Positions 6,407 through 15,179 of a stretch of DNA of 46,273 bases are shown here, piece by piece; position 1 is the stretch's first letter, and each line of letters opens with the position of its first letter. The stretch lies in the IMG/VR virus record IMGVR_UViG_3300037589_000034; one strand, 5' to 3'. The DNA comes from a virus. Under the pieces are notes generated by a model. It made no database searches. It saw nothing but the letters and a program-made list of their open reading frames with translations, and had not been told where the DNA came from. A program made the translations under genes and the position numbers.

Positions 6407-9400
6407 ATGGCAAAAAAGAAATTAAGGGATGAGGACCTGGTACTCAATATCATTGTCAATGGGGACCAAGGCAGAAAAGAAATCCTGGACCTGGAGAAGG
6501 CCATCAAGCAGACCAATAGAGAATTAAGGCAACTTGAGAGACAGCGAGAGGAGCTCATTAAGACTGGCAAAAAAGAGACTGCAGAATACAAGGCAGTCAC
6601 AGCGGCCATCGATCTAAAAAACTCCGCTCTCGATAAGGCTAGAGGCAGACTTGCACAATTAAGGCAGGGAATGGATCTCAATAGTAAGTCTGTATCTGAT
6701 CTCCGGAGAGAGATTACCAGGCTTACCAAGCTCCGCAATATAGCTCCTCCTATGACAGAGGAGTGGCATCGACACAATGAGCAGCTCCGGCTAGTCCAGG
6801 CTAGATATAATGAGCTCACAGGTAGAGCTCAAGGTTTGGGCAAGATGTTTTCCGGAGGCCTGGCAAAAGGCATCGGAGTAGCTGCAGCTGCAGTCACTTC
6901 TTTTGTGATCGCTGGTAGGCAAGTGATGAGAGTAGTGGATGATTTTGGCAGGTTTGATGATCTCCTGGCAGATGTCCGCAAGACTACCAATCTCACCTTT
7001 GGAGAGCTGGAGAATCTGAATGATGAGATTAAGTCAATCGATACCAGATCCTCACAGGAGGAGCTTCTCAAATTAGCCAGGACTGCAGGTAAGTTAGGGA
7101 TCGAAGGATCCGAGAATGTCCTGGGTTTTGTCAGAGCTGCAGACCAGATCGGAGTAGCTCTAGCAGAAGATCTCGGAGGAGATGTAGAGCAAGCTCTTCG
7201 CCAGGTAGGTAAGCTGGTAGATATATTCAATGTCCGGGAGGAGTTTGGCATCGAACAAGGCATGCTCAAGGTCGGATCTGTGATCAATGAGCTCGGGATC
7301 AATTCCACAGCTGCAGAGCAATACATGGTAGATTTTACCAAGCGATTGGCAGGTGTGGCTCCAGCTGCCAAGATCTCCATAGCCAATGTGATGGGATACT
7401 CATCCACACTGGATCAGCTCGGGCAGTCTGCAGAAGTAGCAGGGACCACCTTTGTCAATTTGATCCCGGATCTCTTTACCAATCCGAGCAAGTTTGCCAA
7501 GATTGCAGGGATCGAGGCTCAGGAGTTTTCTAGGATTCTGAATGAGGATGCTAATGAGGCATTGATCAAGCTCTTTGAGGGGATCAAAGGCAATGAATCA
7601 TCCATGACTGCCATGGCTCAGCGATTGGTCCAGCTAGGATTGGATGGAGCCAGAGCTACCAATGTAGTCTCAGCTCTTGCCAATAATACCGAGCTCCTAA
7701 GATCCGAGCAGGAGATAGCCAATAAGGCATTCAGAGAAGGGATCTCCCTGACCAATGAATTCAATATCAAGAATGAGACTCTCGCTGCCAATGTAGAAAA
7801 GATAGGAAGGTACTTCTACAATCTCTACATGAACTCCGAGCTCCGGGCCGGGATGAGGGATTTCTTTGGGGGAATAGCCGATTGGCTATACACTTCCAAT
7901 CAGGCCCTAAAGTCATTCCAGGAGCAGGATCAGGCAGTCCAGGCATTGGAGGCTAATGTCTCTCCACTCATCGCTAGATATGAGGAGCTGGAGACCAAGA
8001 CCAATAGATCTGCAGCTGAGAATGAGGAGCTCAAGACAGTGATCAATCAGATCGGAGCGGCCATCCCTGGAGCGATCACTCAGTTTGATGGCTATGGAAA
8101 TGCCATCGGGATCAGTACTGGTAAGGCTAAGGAGTTTATCGAAGCTCAAAGGCTCATGCTCAAGTATATGAATCGAGAGGCTATCGAGGATACTAAAGAG
8201 GGGCTGATCGACACAAAGGAGCAGATAGTTGATATTCTGCAGCAGCTCAATAGGAGAGATGCTGATGGAGATTTAGCTAAGCTGGTCAGTAGGCAATATG
8301 GATTTCAGATGATCACTGAGGAGGTGAAGCTCACTGCAGAAGAGATCGCAAATCTCCAGGCTAATCTAGCGGCTCTTCGTAAGCAGGAAAAAGACCAAGA
8401 GACACTCATCAAAGGTCTATCCGGAGAGATTGATCCTAATGAGGGATCCACCTCCGGCACAACTACCACTCCTCCTCCTACTCCAGAGCCAAAGACTGAG
8501 ACAGAAGAGGAGCGAAAGGCAAGAGAAGCTAGGGAAAAAGCTGCAGCTGCAGAGCGAGAGCGAGCTATCAAGGCAGCGCAAAAGCAAGCAGAGCAGGAGG
8601 CAGAGCTCCGGAGAAAATACATTATTGGTCAGCTGGACCTAGTGGCCCAGGAAAAGATCGCATACGAGGAGCGGCTCAAGGCAGCTGGCCTCTACTACCT
8701 ACGCAAGGATGAGATGAGTACCGAGCAGCTCCTTGCATACGAGGCTATGGAGGATGAGCACTTGCAAAAGCTAAATGATATCACCTCCAAGAGACTGGAT
8801 GAGAATCTCCAGACCAGAGAGGACCAGTACAAGGCAGATCTCCAGGCTCTCAAAACTCTTCACAATGAGGAGTATAAATCCTTTGAGACCATGGAGCAGA
8901 TCAAGTCATTTCTCCGGGACAAAGTTTCGAGAGAGACCTTGGATGGAATTACCAATATGCGCCAGGCTCAGATCGCATTGGATAAGCATTACCTGGCAGA
9001 GGAGGAGGAGCTCACCAGGCAGTATCTCAATGGATTGCTCCAGGACCTACAGATCCTGGCATCCACCGGACAGCTCGAAGGAGTGGACCTGGCAAATCAG
9101 ATCCTTTCACCAGAGCAAAAGGCAGAGCTGGAGGCTCGCATCGCTCAGATCAAGCTCATGCTATCAGAGCTCGGACTTGGATCCGGGACCGAGATCGAGG
9201 CAGATCGGGGAGAGCGGAGAAGAGATGTGGATGTCCTGGGATTCTCAGTAGATGATTGGCAGACATTCTTTGACAACCTGGACAAAGGCAAGGTAGGATT
9301 CAATGAAATGCTGATGGGAGTCCAGGCTCTGCAGGGAGTCTATGCGACCTATGCAGCCTATGTCTCTGCAGGAGAGCGAAAGCAGCTCCAGGAGTATGAG

Positions 9401-10213
9401 TCTGCCAATCGCAAAAAGCAAGACATCCTCAAAAAGCAATTGGATGCTGGTATAATTAACCAGGATCAATACAATAATCAGATCGAAAAGCTCAATGCAG
9501 ATCTGGACAAAAAGAAGGCAGTTTTTGATCGCAATGAGGCGAAGCGTGAGCGCAACATTGCCCTCATGACTGCCATCGTACAAGGAGCTGCAGCTGTAAA
9601 CTCAGCTCTCAAGCTCGGACCTGTTTTCGCTGCCATAGTAGGAGCTCTCGCTGCAGTACAAGTGGGCACTATCCTCAAGACTCCTCTCCCGGAAATTCCA
9701 GGAGCTGAGGATGGAGGATTTCTCCGGGATGTGGTCCGGGCCCAGGACAAAAAGATGTACCGGGCCAAGATGGATCCCGGCAAGCGAGGCTATGTGGATC
9801 GACCTACTGTCCTGGTAGGGGAGGGGAATAAGCGGGAGTTTGTAGCCTCAAATGAGGCAGTAGAAAATCCTACCATCGGTCCGGTACTGGATGCTATTGA
9901 TACAGCTCAGCGGCAAGGCAGGATCTCATCACTCAATCTATTCAAGGTCCTGGATCAGAATAAGCAGCTCATGGTCATGCCAGGCAGACAGCGAGGAGGC
10001 AGGATCTCCGATCAGTCAGCAGCTGGTAGATCCACTGCAGATGCACTCCTCCCAGACATGATGGATCTCCTACGCAAAAATGAGCGGACAATGGCTCAGC
10101 TCAATGCCAGGCTATCCAAGCCAATCAAATCGGATGTCTCACTCACAGGCAGAGGATCTCTCGAAGAGAAGCAGGATGAGCTCCAGGTAATAGAACAATC
10201 AGCCAATCTTTAA
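6407..10213 (+). CDS. Tail tape measure protein
   Basis: 1268 aa, with long coiled-coil stretches and hydrophobic G/A-rich segments. The core TTNLTFGELENLNDEIKSIDTRSSQEELLKLARTAGKLGIEG..VLGFVRAADQIGVAL resembles the TP901-type tape-measure core. Confidence 0.85.
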   Translation: MAKKKLRDEDLVLNIIVNGDQGRKEILDLEKAIKQTNRELRQLERQREELIKTGKKETAEYKAVTAAIDLKNSALDKARGRLAQLRQGMDLNSKSVSDLRREITRLTKLRNIAPPMTEEWHRHNEQLRLVQARYNELTGRAQGLGKMFSGGLAKGIGVAAAAVTSFVIAGRQVMRVVDDFGRFDDLLADVRKTTNLTFGELENLNDEIKSIDTRSSQEELLKLARTAGKLGIEGSENVLGFVRAADQIGVALAEDLGGDVEQALRQVGKLVDIFNVREEFGIEQGMLKVGSVINELGINSTAAEQYMVDFTKRLAGVAPAAKISIANVMGYSSTLDQLGQSAEVAGTTFVNLIPDLFTNPSKFAKIAGIEAQEFSRILNEDANEALIKLFEGIKGNESSMTAMAQRLVQLGLDGARATNVVSALANNTELLRSEQEIANKAFREGISLTNEFNIKNETLAANVEKIGRYFYNLYMNSELRAGMRDFFGGIADWLYTSNQALKSFQEQDQAVQALEANVSPLIARYEELETKTNRSAAENEELKTVINQIGAAIPGAITQFDGYGNAIGISTGKAKEFIEAQRLMLKYMNREAIEDTKEGLIDTKEQIVDILQQLNRRDADGDLAKLVSRQYGFQMITEEVKLTAEEIANLQANLAALRKQEKDQETLIKGLSGEIDPNEGSTSGTTTTPPPTPEPKTETEEERKAREAREKAAAAERERAIKAAQKQAEQEAELRRKYIIGQLDLVAQEKIAYEERLKAAGLYYLRKDEMSTEQLLAYEAMEDEHLQKLNDITSKRLDENLQTREDQYKADLQALKTLHNEEYKSFETMEQIKSFLRDKVSRETLDGITNMRQAQIALDKHYLAEEEELTRQYLNGLLQDLQILASTGQLEGVDLANQILSPEQKAELEARIAQIKLMLSELGLGSGTEIEADRGERRRDVDVLGFSVDDWQTFFDNLDKGKVGFNEMLMGVQALQGVYATYAAYVSAGERKQLQEYESANRKKQDILKKQLDAGIINQDQYNNQIEKLNADLDKKKAVFDRNEAKRERNIALMTAIVQGAAAVNSALKLGPVFAAIVGALAAVQVGTILKTPLPEIPGAEDGGFLRDVVRAQDKKMYRAKMDPGKRGYVDRPTVLVGEGNKREFVASNEAVENPTIGPVLDAIDTAQRQGRISSLNLFKVLDQNKQLMVMPGRQRGGRISDQSAAGRSTADALLPDMMDLLRKNERTMAQLNARLSKPIKSDVSLTGRGSLEEKQDELQVIEQSANL

Positions 10214-10219
10214 TCAGCC

Positions 10220-12430
10220 ATGTTTTACATTCAAATCAATGGAAAGCGAGTCAATCTAGGAGATGATTTCCGGATCGATCTGGTCATAGAGAATCCATTA
10301 TTTCTCACCGAGCGCATCCCTTTTCCCTATACTACCTCAGCGGATCTCCCCATGACTCCTGAGAATAAGCAGCTCCTCCAGCAAGCGCAGCGAGTCAATC
10401 TCACAGCAGCTGGCCGCAAGTGGGAATACGATGGGGCCATCCTTGGATTTGGAGCGAGGCCTCTTTTCTATGGCTTATTTATTATCCAGGAGATCCGGCA
10501 GAGATTCTCCTGGTCCTTCCAGGCCTCAGATGATTTGTCTCAGATCCGGTCCAATATGAATAAGATCGAATGGGGAGAGATCCTCTTTGGATCCGGGACC
10601 TATGCTATGCGCACAGATCCGGGATGGAATCCTACCGGAGGCACTACAGATATCCCATTGATCCTGTATCGCAATCAGTGGAATCTATCCAGGGATGGAG
10701 AGCTGCCATATACTACAGCTCCGATCAAGACATCTGATGCAGGGATCCCTACCAAGTTTACAGAGGATGATATCCTGGTCTATACCAATGGCCTATTCGC
10801 TCAGAATAATTTCTTTAATCCCTGGTCTAATATTGCCGGGAATCTAGTCCCGGTGGACTATGATCCGCTCACTACCATAGTGAGTAGGTATGCTCATTCT
10901 CCCATGTATCCACAGCTCCGGGCCTATTATGTATGCAAAAAACTATTGGGCCTGGCAGATGCAGACAATCCTTTTTACCAGGAGGATCTCTATCGTATCG
11001 TATTGACTAGCCACTATCATCCTAAGTTCCGGGATGATCTGATCCAGAAGTGGTCCGGGATCTTACTGGATAATGAATATCCATCCAATCTATCTCCTGC
11101 AGAGACTTGGATCCTCAAGCTCGCAAGCTATCAGCCAGCTCTATCCGCTGCAGAGGTCCTCAAGTCTCTACTCAATATCGTTGCTGGCACTGTTTTCAGA
11201 TACCAGGAACCAGGCCAGGCGATCTATAAGATCAAGATGGCTAAGGATATCATCGCAGATATGGATTTCCAGGATTGGGATAAATTATTGGGAACCAAGC
11301 TCTGGCTATCCAGGGAAAAAGGCCAGCCATACCTCTATGGATATGATGATTTTGATGAGGAGGATCCGGCCATCGATCCGGAGTTTGTGGTCAATACTAT
11401 AGCAGATCTACTCACAGCTCCTGTAGATCCGGAGACAAATGAGCGGCCATACTATGTCCAGACTACCAAGCAGATCATCCTCAAGAAGCTGGCTCCAAAG
11501 TTTGAGGCATCGGATCCGGATGTATTTGTCTATGAGGTCCGGCATTCTGGATTGGCCCGGCCACAGGCAGATACAGGATACCAGATCACCTCATCCCTAT
11601 CCCCTATGCCCATGCTGCCTACTGTCAATGTGGATCTATTTCATAGTACTCAGGCAGCTCCTAATACTATGGCCTATATGCCTATTTATTCGGGAGGCAA
11701 GTCAGTATCCTACAAGCCTCACTTGATGCAGTATTGGGGTAATATCGAGAATCCTCTCAATCCTCCATTTCAGATGCCTTACCTCAGCTATCACAATTAC
11801 ACAGCTGGAGGATCCAGGCTCGGAGATCTCTCCCTGCAGTGGGATGGACCGGATGGATTGCTGGAGCACTTTCACAAGGATTTCAAGCTATGGGTAGAGC
11901 GGGATAAGCTGGTAGGATATGGAGAGTTTATTTTCTCTCCTTATTTCCTGAGAGATATTGACCTGGCTAAAAAGATCCTGGTCCGAAATAGACTCTGGTG
12001 GATCAAAAAGATTGTGATCCCTATGTCAAAAAAGAAAATCAATCCTGCTCAAGTGGATCTGATCGAGTCTCAGGATCCACAGCCAGAACCAGGAGCTGGA
12101 TCATCTGGCCAGGGATCATCTCCGGATCTTGGATCATCTCCTACTCCAATGGATCCTACCGGGACCTGCTTTACCATCTCTATTGACAACCTGGTATTTG
12201 ATGATCAAGCAGATGATTTTGATATCCGTATCCAAAGACCCGGAGAGTCACTCATCACTCAGAATTACAATCTATTCCAGCAATTCGAGGATGGCTCTAC
12301 TACACTGATTCTAGTCTGCTCTGAGATATTCCCGGCATTTGTCCAGAATGGAGAGACAGTAGCCTCGGTCCCTGGAGTCTCGCTTGCTGCAGGAGGAGCT
12401 TGCACTATAGATGGAGACTGCTCGCTCTGA
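10220..12430 (+). CDS. Tail/baseplate structural protein (distal-tail or hub candidate)
   Basis: 736 aa, directly after the tape measure. A G/S/P-rich linker (EPGAGSSGQGSSPDLGSSPTP) precedes a C-terminal domain of about 100 aa. Confidence 0.5.
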   Translation: MFYIQINGKRVNLGDDFRIDLVIENPLFLTERIPFPYTTSADLPMTPENKQLLQQAQRVNLTAAGRKWEYDGAILGFGARPLFYGLFIIQEIRQRFSWSFQASDDLSQIRSNMNKIEWGEILFGSGTYAMRTDPGWNPTGGTTDIPLILYRNQWNLSRDGELPYTTAPIKTSDAGIPTKFTEDDILVYTNGLFAQNNFFNPWSNIAGNLVPVDYDPLTTIVSRYAHSPMYPQLRAYYVCKKLLGLADADNPFYQEDLYRIVLTSHYHPKFRDDLIQKWSGILLDNEYPSNLSPAETWILKLASYQPALSAAEVLKSLLNIVAGTVFRYQEPGQAIYKIKMAKDIIADMDFQDWDKLLGTKLWLSREKGQPYLYGYDDFDEEDPAIDPEFVVNTIADLLTAPVDPETNERPYYVQTTKQIILKKLAPKFEASDPDVFVYEVRHSGLARPQADTGYQITSSLSPMPMLPTVNVDLFHSTQAAPNTMAYMPIYSGGKSVSYKPHLMQYWGNIENPLNPPFQMPYLSYHNYTAGGSRLGDLSLQWDGPDGLLEHFHKDFKLWVERDKLVGYGEFIFSPYFLRDIDLAKKILVRNRLWWIKKIVIPMSKKKINPAQVDLIESQDPQPEPGAGSSGQGSSPDLGSSPTPMDPTGTCFTISIDNLVFDDQADDFDIRIQRPGESLITQNYNLFQQFEDGSTTLILVCSEIFPAFVQNGETVASVPGVSLAAGGACTIDGDCSL

Positions 12431-12441
12431 TTTGTCCTTTA
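12428..12441 (+). promoter_or_regulatory. Late-motif copy 2 (TGATTTGTCCTTTA) upstream of the lysis genes
   Basis: The TGA is the stop codon of the preceding gene. The motif lies 28 nt before the holin ATG. Confidence 0.5.
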
Positions 12442-12468
12442 CTAAAACTCACCACTAATCTACTTTAG

Positions 12469-12969
12469 ATGAAACTAGAAAAAACCATGTTGCAACCTAC
12501 TCAAGAACTGATGGATGAAAACCTAAGCCTGTGGCTAAAGACTGGCTTAATGACTTTCTTAGTAGCACTACAGATAGAGATCCAGCAGATTGGGTACTTA
12601 CTGGTATTAGTGTTTTTTGATAGTTTCTTTGGCTCTATGCGAGCGATCAAGCTCAAGGAGGGCTTTAGTATTGTCAAGCTCTGGTGGGGCATCCTGTCCA
12701 AGCTCTCGCTACTTTTTATCCCATTCTTACTCGCTGGATTTGGATTGGTATTCAAGATCAATCTCATCTGGACTGTAGAGTTTTTTATCATCGGGATTGC
12801 CATCAATGATCTCATCTCGATCATGGCCTCCATGGTATCTATGCGAAGAGGGAGGCTAGTCAAGTCACAGGACTACATCGATAAAATGATCACAGCTCTG
12901 ATGGGATTCTTTACAGATTTTCTCAAGACAAAAATTGATCAATTCAAAGGCCCGGAAAAAAATGAATAG
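12469..12969 (+). CDS. Holin candidate (multi-pass membrane protein)
   Basis: 166 aa with about four hydrophobic segments. LLVLVFFDSFFGSMRAIKLKEGFS..KLWWGILSKL resembles the phage_holin_4-type pattern, and its end overlaps the endolysin start. Confidence 0.65.
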   Translation: MKLEKTMLQPTQELMDENLSLWLKTGLMTFLVALQIEIQQIGYLLVLVFFDSFFGSMRAIKLKEGFSIVKLWWGILSKLSLLFIPFLLAGFGLVFKINLIWTVEFFIIGIAINDLISIMASMVSMRRGRLVKSQDYIDKMITALMGFFTDFLKTKIDQFKGPEKNE

Positions 12970-13588
12970 ATCCATCCACCTCCTCCAAAAAAAACTAGGG
13001 CTCAATGATGACGGAATCATTGGACCTATCACAGCTCGGGCTTTTGCTCAGGCTTATGGATTGTTTGCTATTCAGGCAGCGCATTTCCTGGGACAGTGCC
13101 ATCATGAGTCCATGGGATTCAAAAGGATGGAGGAGAATCTCAACTACTCTGCCACTCGACTCCTGCAGATATTTCCTAAATACTTTGACAAGATCCAGGC
13201 GAAGTACTACGCCAAAAATCCGGAAGCTATCGCAAATCGAGTCTATGCCAATCGCATGGGCAATGGTCCGGAGCAGAGCGGAGATGGATGGAGATATAGA
13301 GGTAGAGGCCCGCTGCAGCTCACAGGTAAGCACAATCAGCTGACATTTCTCCAAGAGTACCAAGCTCAGGATCCGGAGCTTATTTCCACTGATTTGGCTT
13401 TTGAGTCTGCTCTTTGGTTTTTCAATACCAATCGGATTTTCCCTCAGTGCAAAAATGTAAGTGAGCTCAATATCCTGCAGGTCAGTAGAGCGATCAATCT
13501 CGGAAACCCTAATTCACAATTGATGCCTCATGGACTAGATGATCGCATCAAGTGGACCAGATATTATTTCAACCTTCTAAAACAATAA
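12962..13588 (+). CDS. Endolysin: peptidoglycan-binding domain plus GH19 (chitinase-like) lysozyme
   Basis: The N-terminal LQKKLGLNDDGIIGPITARAF is PG_binding_1-like. AHFLGQCHHESMGF...ANRVYANRMGNGPEQSGDGWRYRGRGPLQLTG carries GH19 motifs. An alternative start at 12935 exists. Confidence 0.85.
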   Translation: MNRSIHLLQKKLGLNDDGIIGPITARAFAQAYGLFAIQAAHFLGQCHHESMGFKRMEENLNYSATRLLQIFPKYFDKIQAKYYAKNPEAIANRVYANRMGNGPEQSGDGWRYRGRGPLQLTGKHNQLTFLQEYQAQDPELISTDLAFESALWFFNTNRIFPQCKNVSELNILQVSRAINLGNPNSQLMPHGLDDRIKWTRYYFNLLKQ

Positions 13589-13590
13589 TT

Positions 13591-14034
13591 ATGAAAAAAA
13601 TCAAACAAGTACTCAATTGGATCGCTCGGATCTTTGGAATAGGATCCGGAGTAGTTCGAGATCACAGCTACTATGCAGTGATGTTTACCGAGAATCTCAA
13701 GAATGCCATCCGGTCCAAGGCTGCATTCAAGATAGTGGACCTGATCCCTGGAGATTGGGATAATGATCTCAGAGATAAGCTAGACTACAAGGTAGTCCCT
13801 ATCGCAGAGGAGATCGCCAAGTTTCTCCAGATCATCCAGGACAATCCCAAAAATTCAGATGCTATTGAGCAGATTCAATTGGCATTGATCGAGAAGTATC
13901 CACATCTGGAAGGAAATTTCTATGCTGATTTTGCAGGTAAGCTGAATTACTACCTGGCAGATGGCAAGCTGTCCGGATTTGAGGCATGGAAATCAGCACA
14001 AGATCTCTGGAAGTATTTATTCAAAAAGAAATGA
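13591..14034 (+). CDS. Hypothetical protein in the lysis cassette (147 aa)
   Basis: ATG at 13591, 3 nt after the endolysin stop. The track ORF begins at 13552, which is inside the endolysin. Confidence 0.55.
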   Translation: MKKIKQVLNWIARIFGIGSGVVRDHSYYAVMFTENLKNAIRSKAAFKIVDLIPGDWDNDLRDKLDYKVVPIAEEIAKFLQIIQDNPKNSDAIEQIQLALIEKYPHLEGNFYADFAGKLNYYLADGKLSGFEAWKSAQDLWKYLFKKK

Positions 14035-14543
14035 AAAGGCTACTGATTTTCCTATTCTTGATCGGATTGTCTGTAGGATGTAAGTCTGCAAAAAAGGCTA
14101 CATCTGACTCACGTAGCCAGGCAGATACTTTCGAGAATGTAGTGGCCACTGATACGGTATCCACTCAGATGAGCGAAGCGCAGAAGAGCATAGAGGAGGA
14201 GGAGATCATCGAAGAGATCCGGACATCATTTGTGCCGCTGGATAGTGCCGGGATTACGGTATTCAAGCCTGAGACTATTCAGGTCCGTAAGTCCCGGTCC
14301 ACTAGACAATCGGAGTCCAGTAGGGATACATCCAAGGCAGAGGCCAGCTCCTCAGATCACTTGATATTTGAGGCTGATCTTACTACTTCACAAGACCTAA
14401 ATAAGGAGATGGAGGCTCCAAAGGTGATAGAGCAGGGACTCTCTGCTCTATTCCCTAATTGGGCCAAGATTATCTCATCCCTCGCTGTGGTTCTGATCCC
14501 GGTAATTATCAAACTATTCAAATCAAAAAACCAAGCAGACTGA
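14031..14543 (+). CDS. Unimolecular spanin candidate (N-terminal lipoprotein signal plus C-terminal TM anchor)
   Basis: It shares an ATGA overlap with the previous gene. It has an MKRLLIFLFLIGLSVGC lipobox-like signal, an S/E-rich middle, and a C-terminal IISSLAVVLIPVIIKLF followed by KSKNQAD. Confidence 0.5.
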   Translation: MKRLLIFLFLIGLSVGCKSAKKATSDSRSQADTFENVVATDTVSTQMSEAQKSIEEEEIIEEIRTSFVPLDSAGITVFKPETIQVRKSRSTRQSESSRDTSKAEASSSDHLIFEADLTTSQDLNKEMEAPKVIEQGLSALFPNWAKIISSLAVVLIPVIIKLFKSKNQAD

Positions 14544-14713
14544 TGGAATTCCTATTTCACGATCCCTCAACTCATACCTATAAGCTGTATCATTCCCTCT
14601 CCAGGCTATGCAAAGACAATGGCATGGACCACAAGATGATCAGCAAAGACATGCTCCCGGTCAAGACTCCAAAAGGATTGATCATCGGGCTAGTACCAAA
14701 CACAAAAATCTAA
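14543..14713 (+). CDS. Hypothetical protein (56 aa)
   Basis: TGATG overlap with the preceding gene; internal start of the track ORF 14459-14713. Confidence 0.4.
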   Translation: MEFLFHDPSTHTYKLYHSLSRLCKDNGMDHKMISKDMLPVKTPKGLIIGLVPNTKI

Positions 14714-14730
14714 TCTTAAATATTCTCACC

Positions 14731-15111
14731 ATGAAAAATCTCATTACCAAGCTACTCTTGCTCCTATTCTTTATGGGAGCTGCATTCACTACAGAGGCTC
14801 AGATCTTTGCCAAGAAAAAGATGAAAGTAGGAGTCAAAACCTATTCATTCTTTGACGACAATTCCAAATTCGAAATGGAGTTCAAGGACTACAAAGGATC
14901 CCTGGACAAATACAATTTCTACAATCTGGATACCTCACTGAAAAACCAGGAAATCACTATCGTATTTGATCGCAAGACTAATGAATGGAGACTCCCACTT
15001 ACCTACAATGAGGCCATGGGAATTGCCGAAAAAGATGGAGATGAACCACTGCAGCGATTACAAGTACCAATGGGCATTATCAGTCCGGCTATCCGGGAAA
15101 AGATAGAGTGA
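14731..15111 (+). CDS. Secreted hypothetical protein (126 aa)
   Basis: MKNLITKLLLLLFFMGAAFTTEAQ is a signal peptide. This is an internal ATG of the track ORF 14608-15111. Confidence 0.55.
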   Translation: MKNLITKLLLLLFFMGAAFTTEAQIFAKKKMKVGVKTYSFFDDNSKFEMEFKDYKGSLDKYNFYNLDTSLKNQEITIVFDRKTNEWRLPLTYNEAMGIAEKDGDEPLQRLQVPMGIISPAIREKIE

Positions 15112-15123
15112 TTTTGTCCTTTC
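15109..15123 (+). promoter_or_regulatory. Late-motif copy 3 (TGATTTTGTCCTTTC) upstream of the fibre genes
   Basis: The TGA is the stop codon of the preceding gene. The motif lies 56 nt before the start at 15180. Confidence 0.5.
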
Positions 15124-15179
15124 TGCAGTGATCCTTATTGATCAAATTCGAGTATTCTAAATCCTAAATCGCATTCACT

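Noticed and set aside
6400-9783. Antisense and alternate-frame ORFs inside the tape measure gene (6400-6819, 6829-7407, 7913-8149, 8305-8622, 8430-8642, 8775-9251, 9245-9583, 9478-9783)
   Set aside because: They lie entirely within a 1268-aa gene with clear tape-measure features. Their translations are low-complexity S/R/L-rich shadows.
11073-12186. Alternate-frame ORFs inside the 736-aa tail protein gene (11073-11402, 11439-11726, 11998-12186)
   Set aside because: They are embedded in a longer, coherent ORF, and their sequences are S/R-rich and not protein-like.
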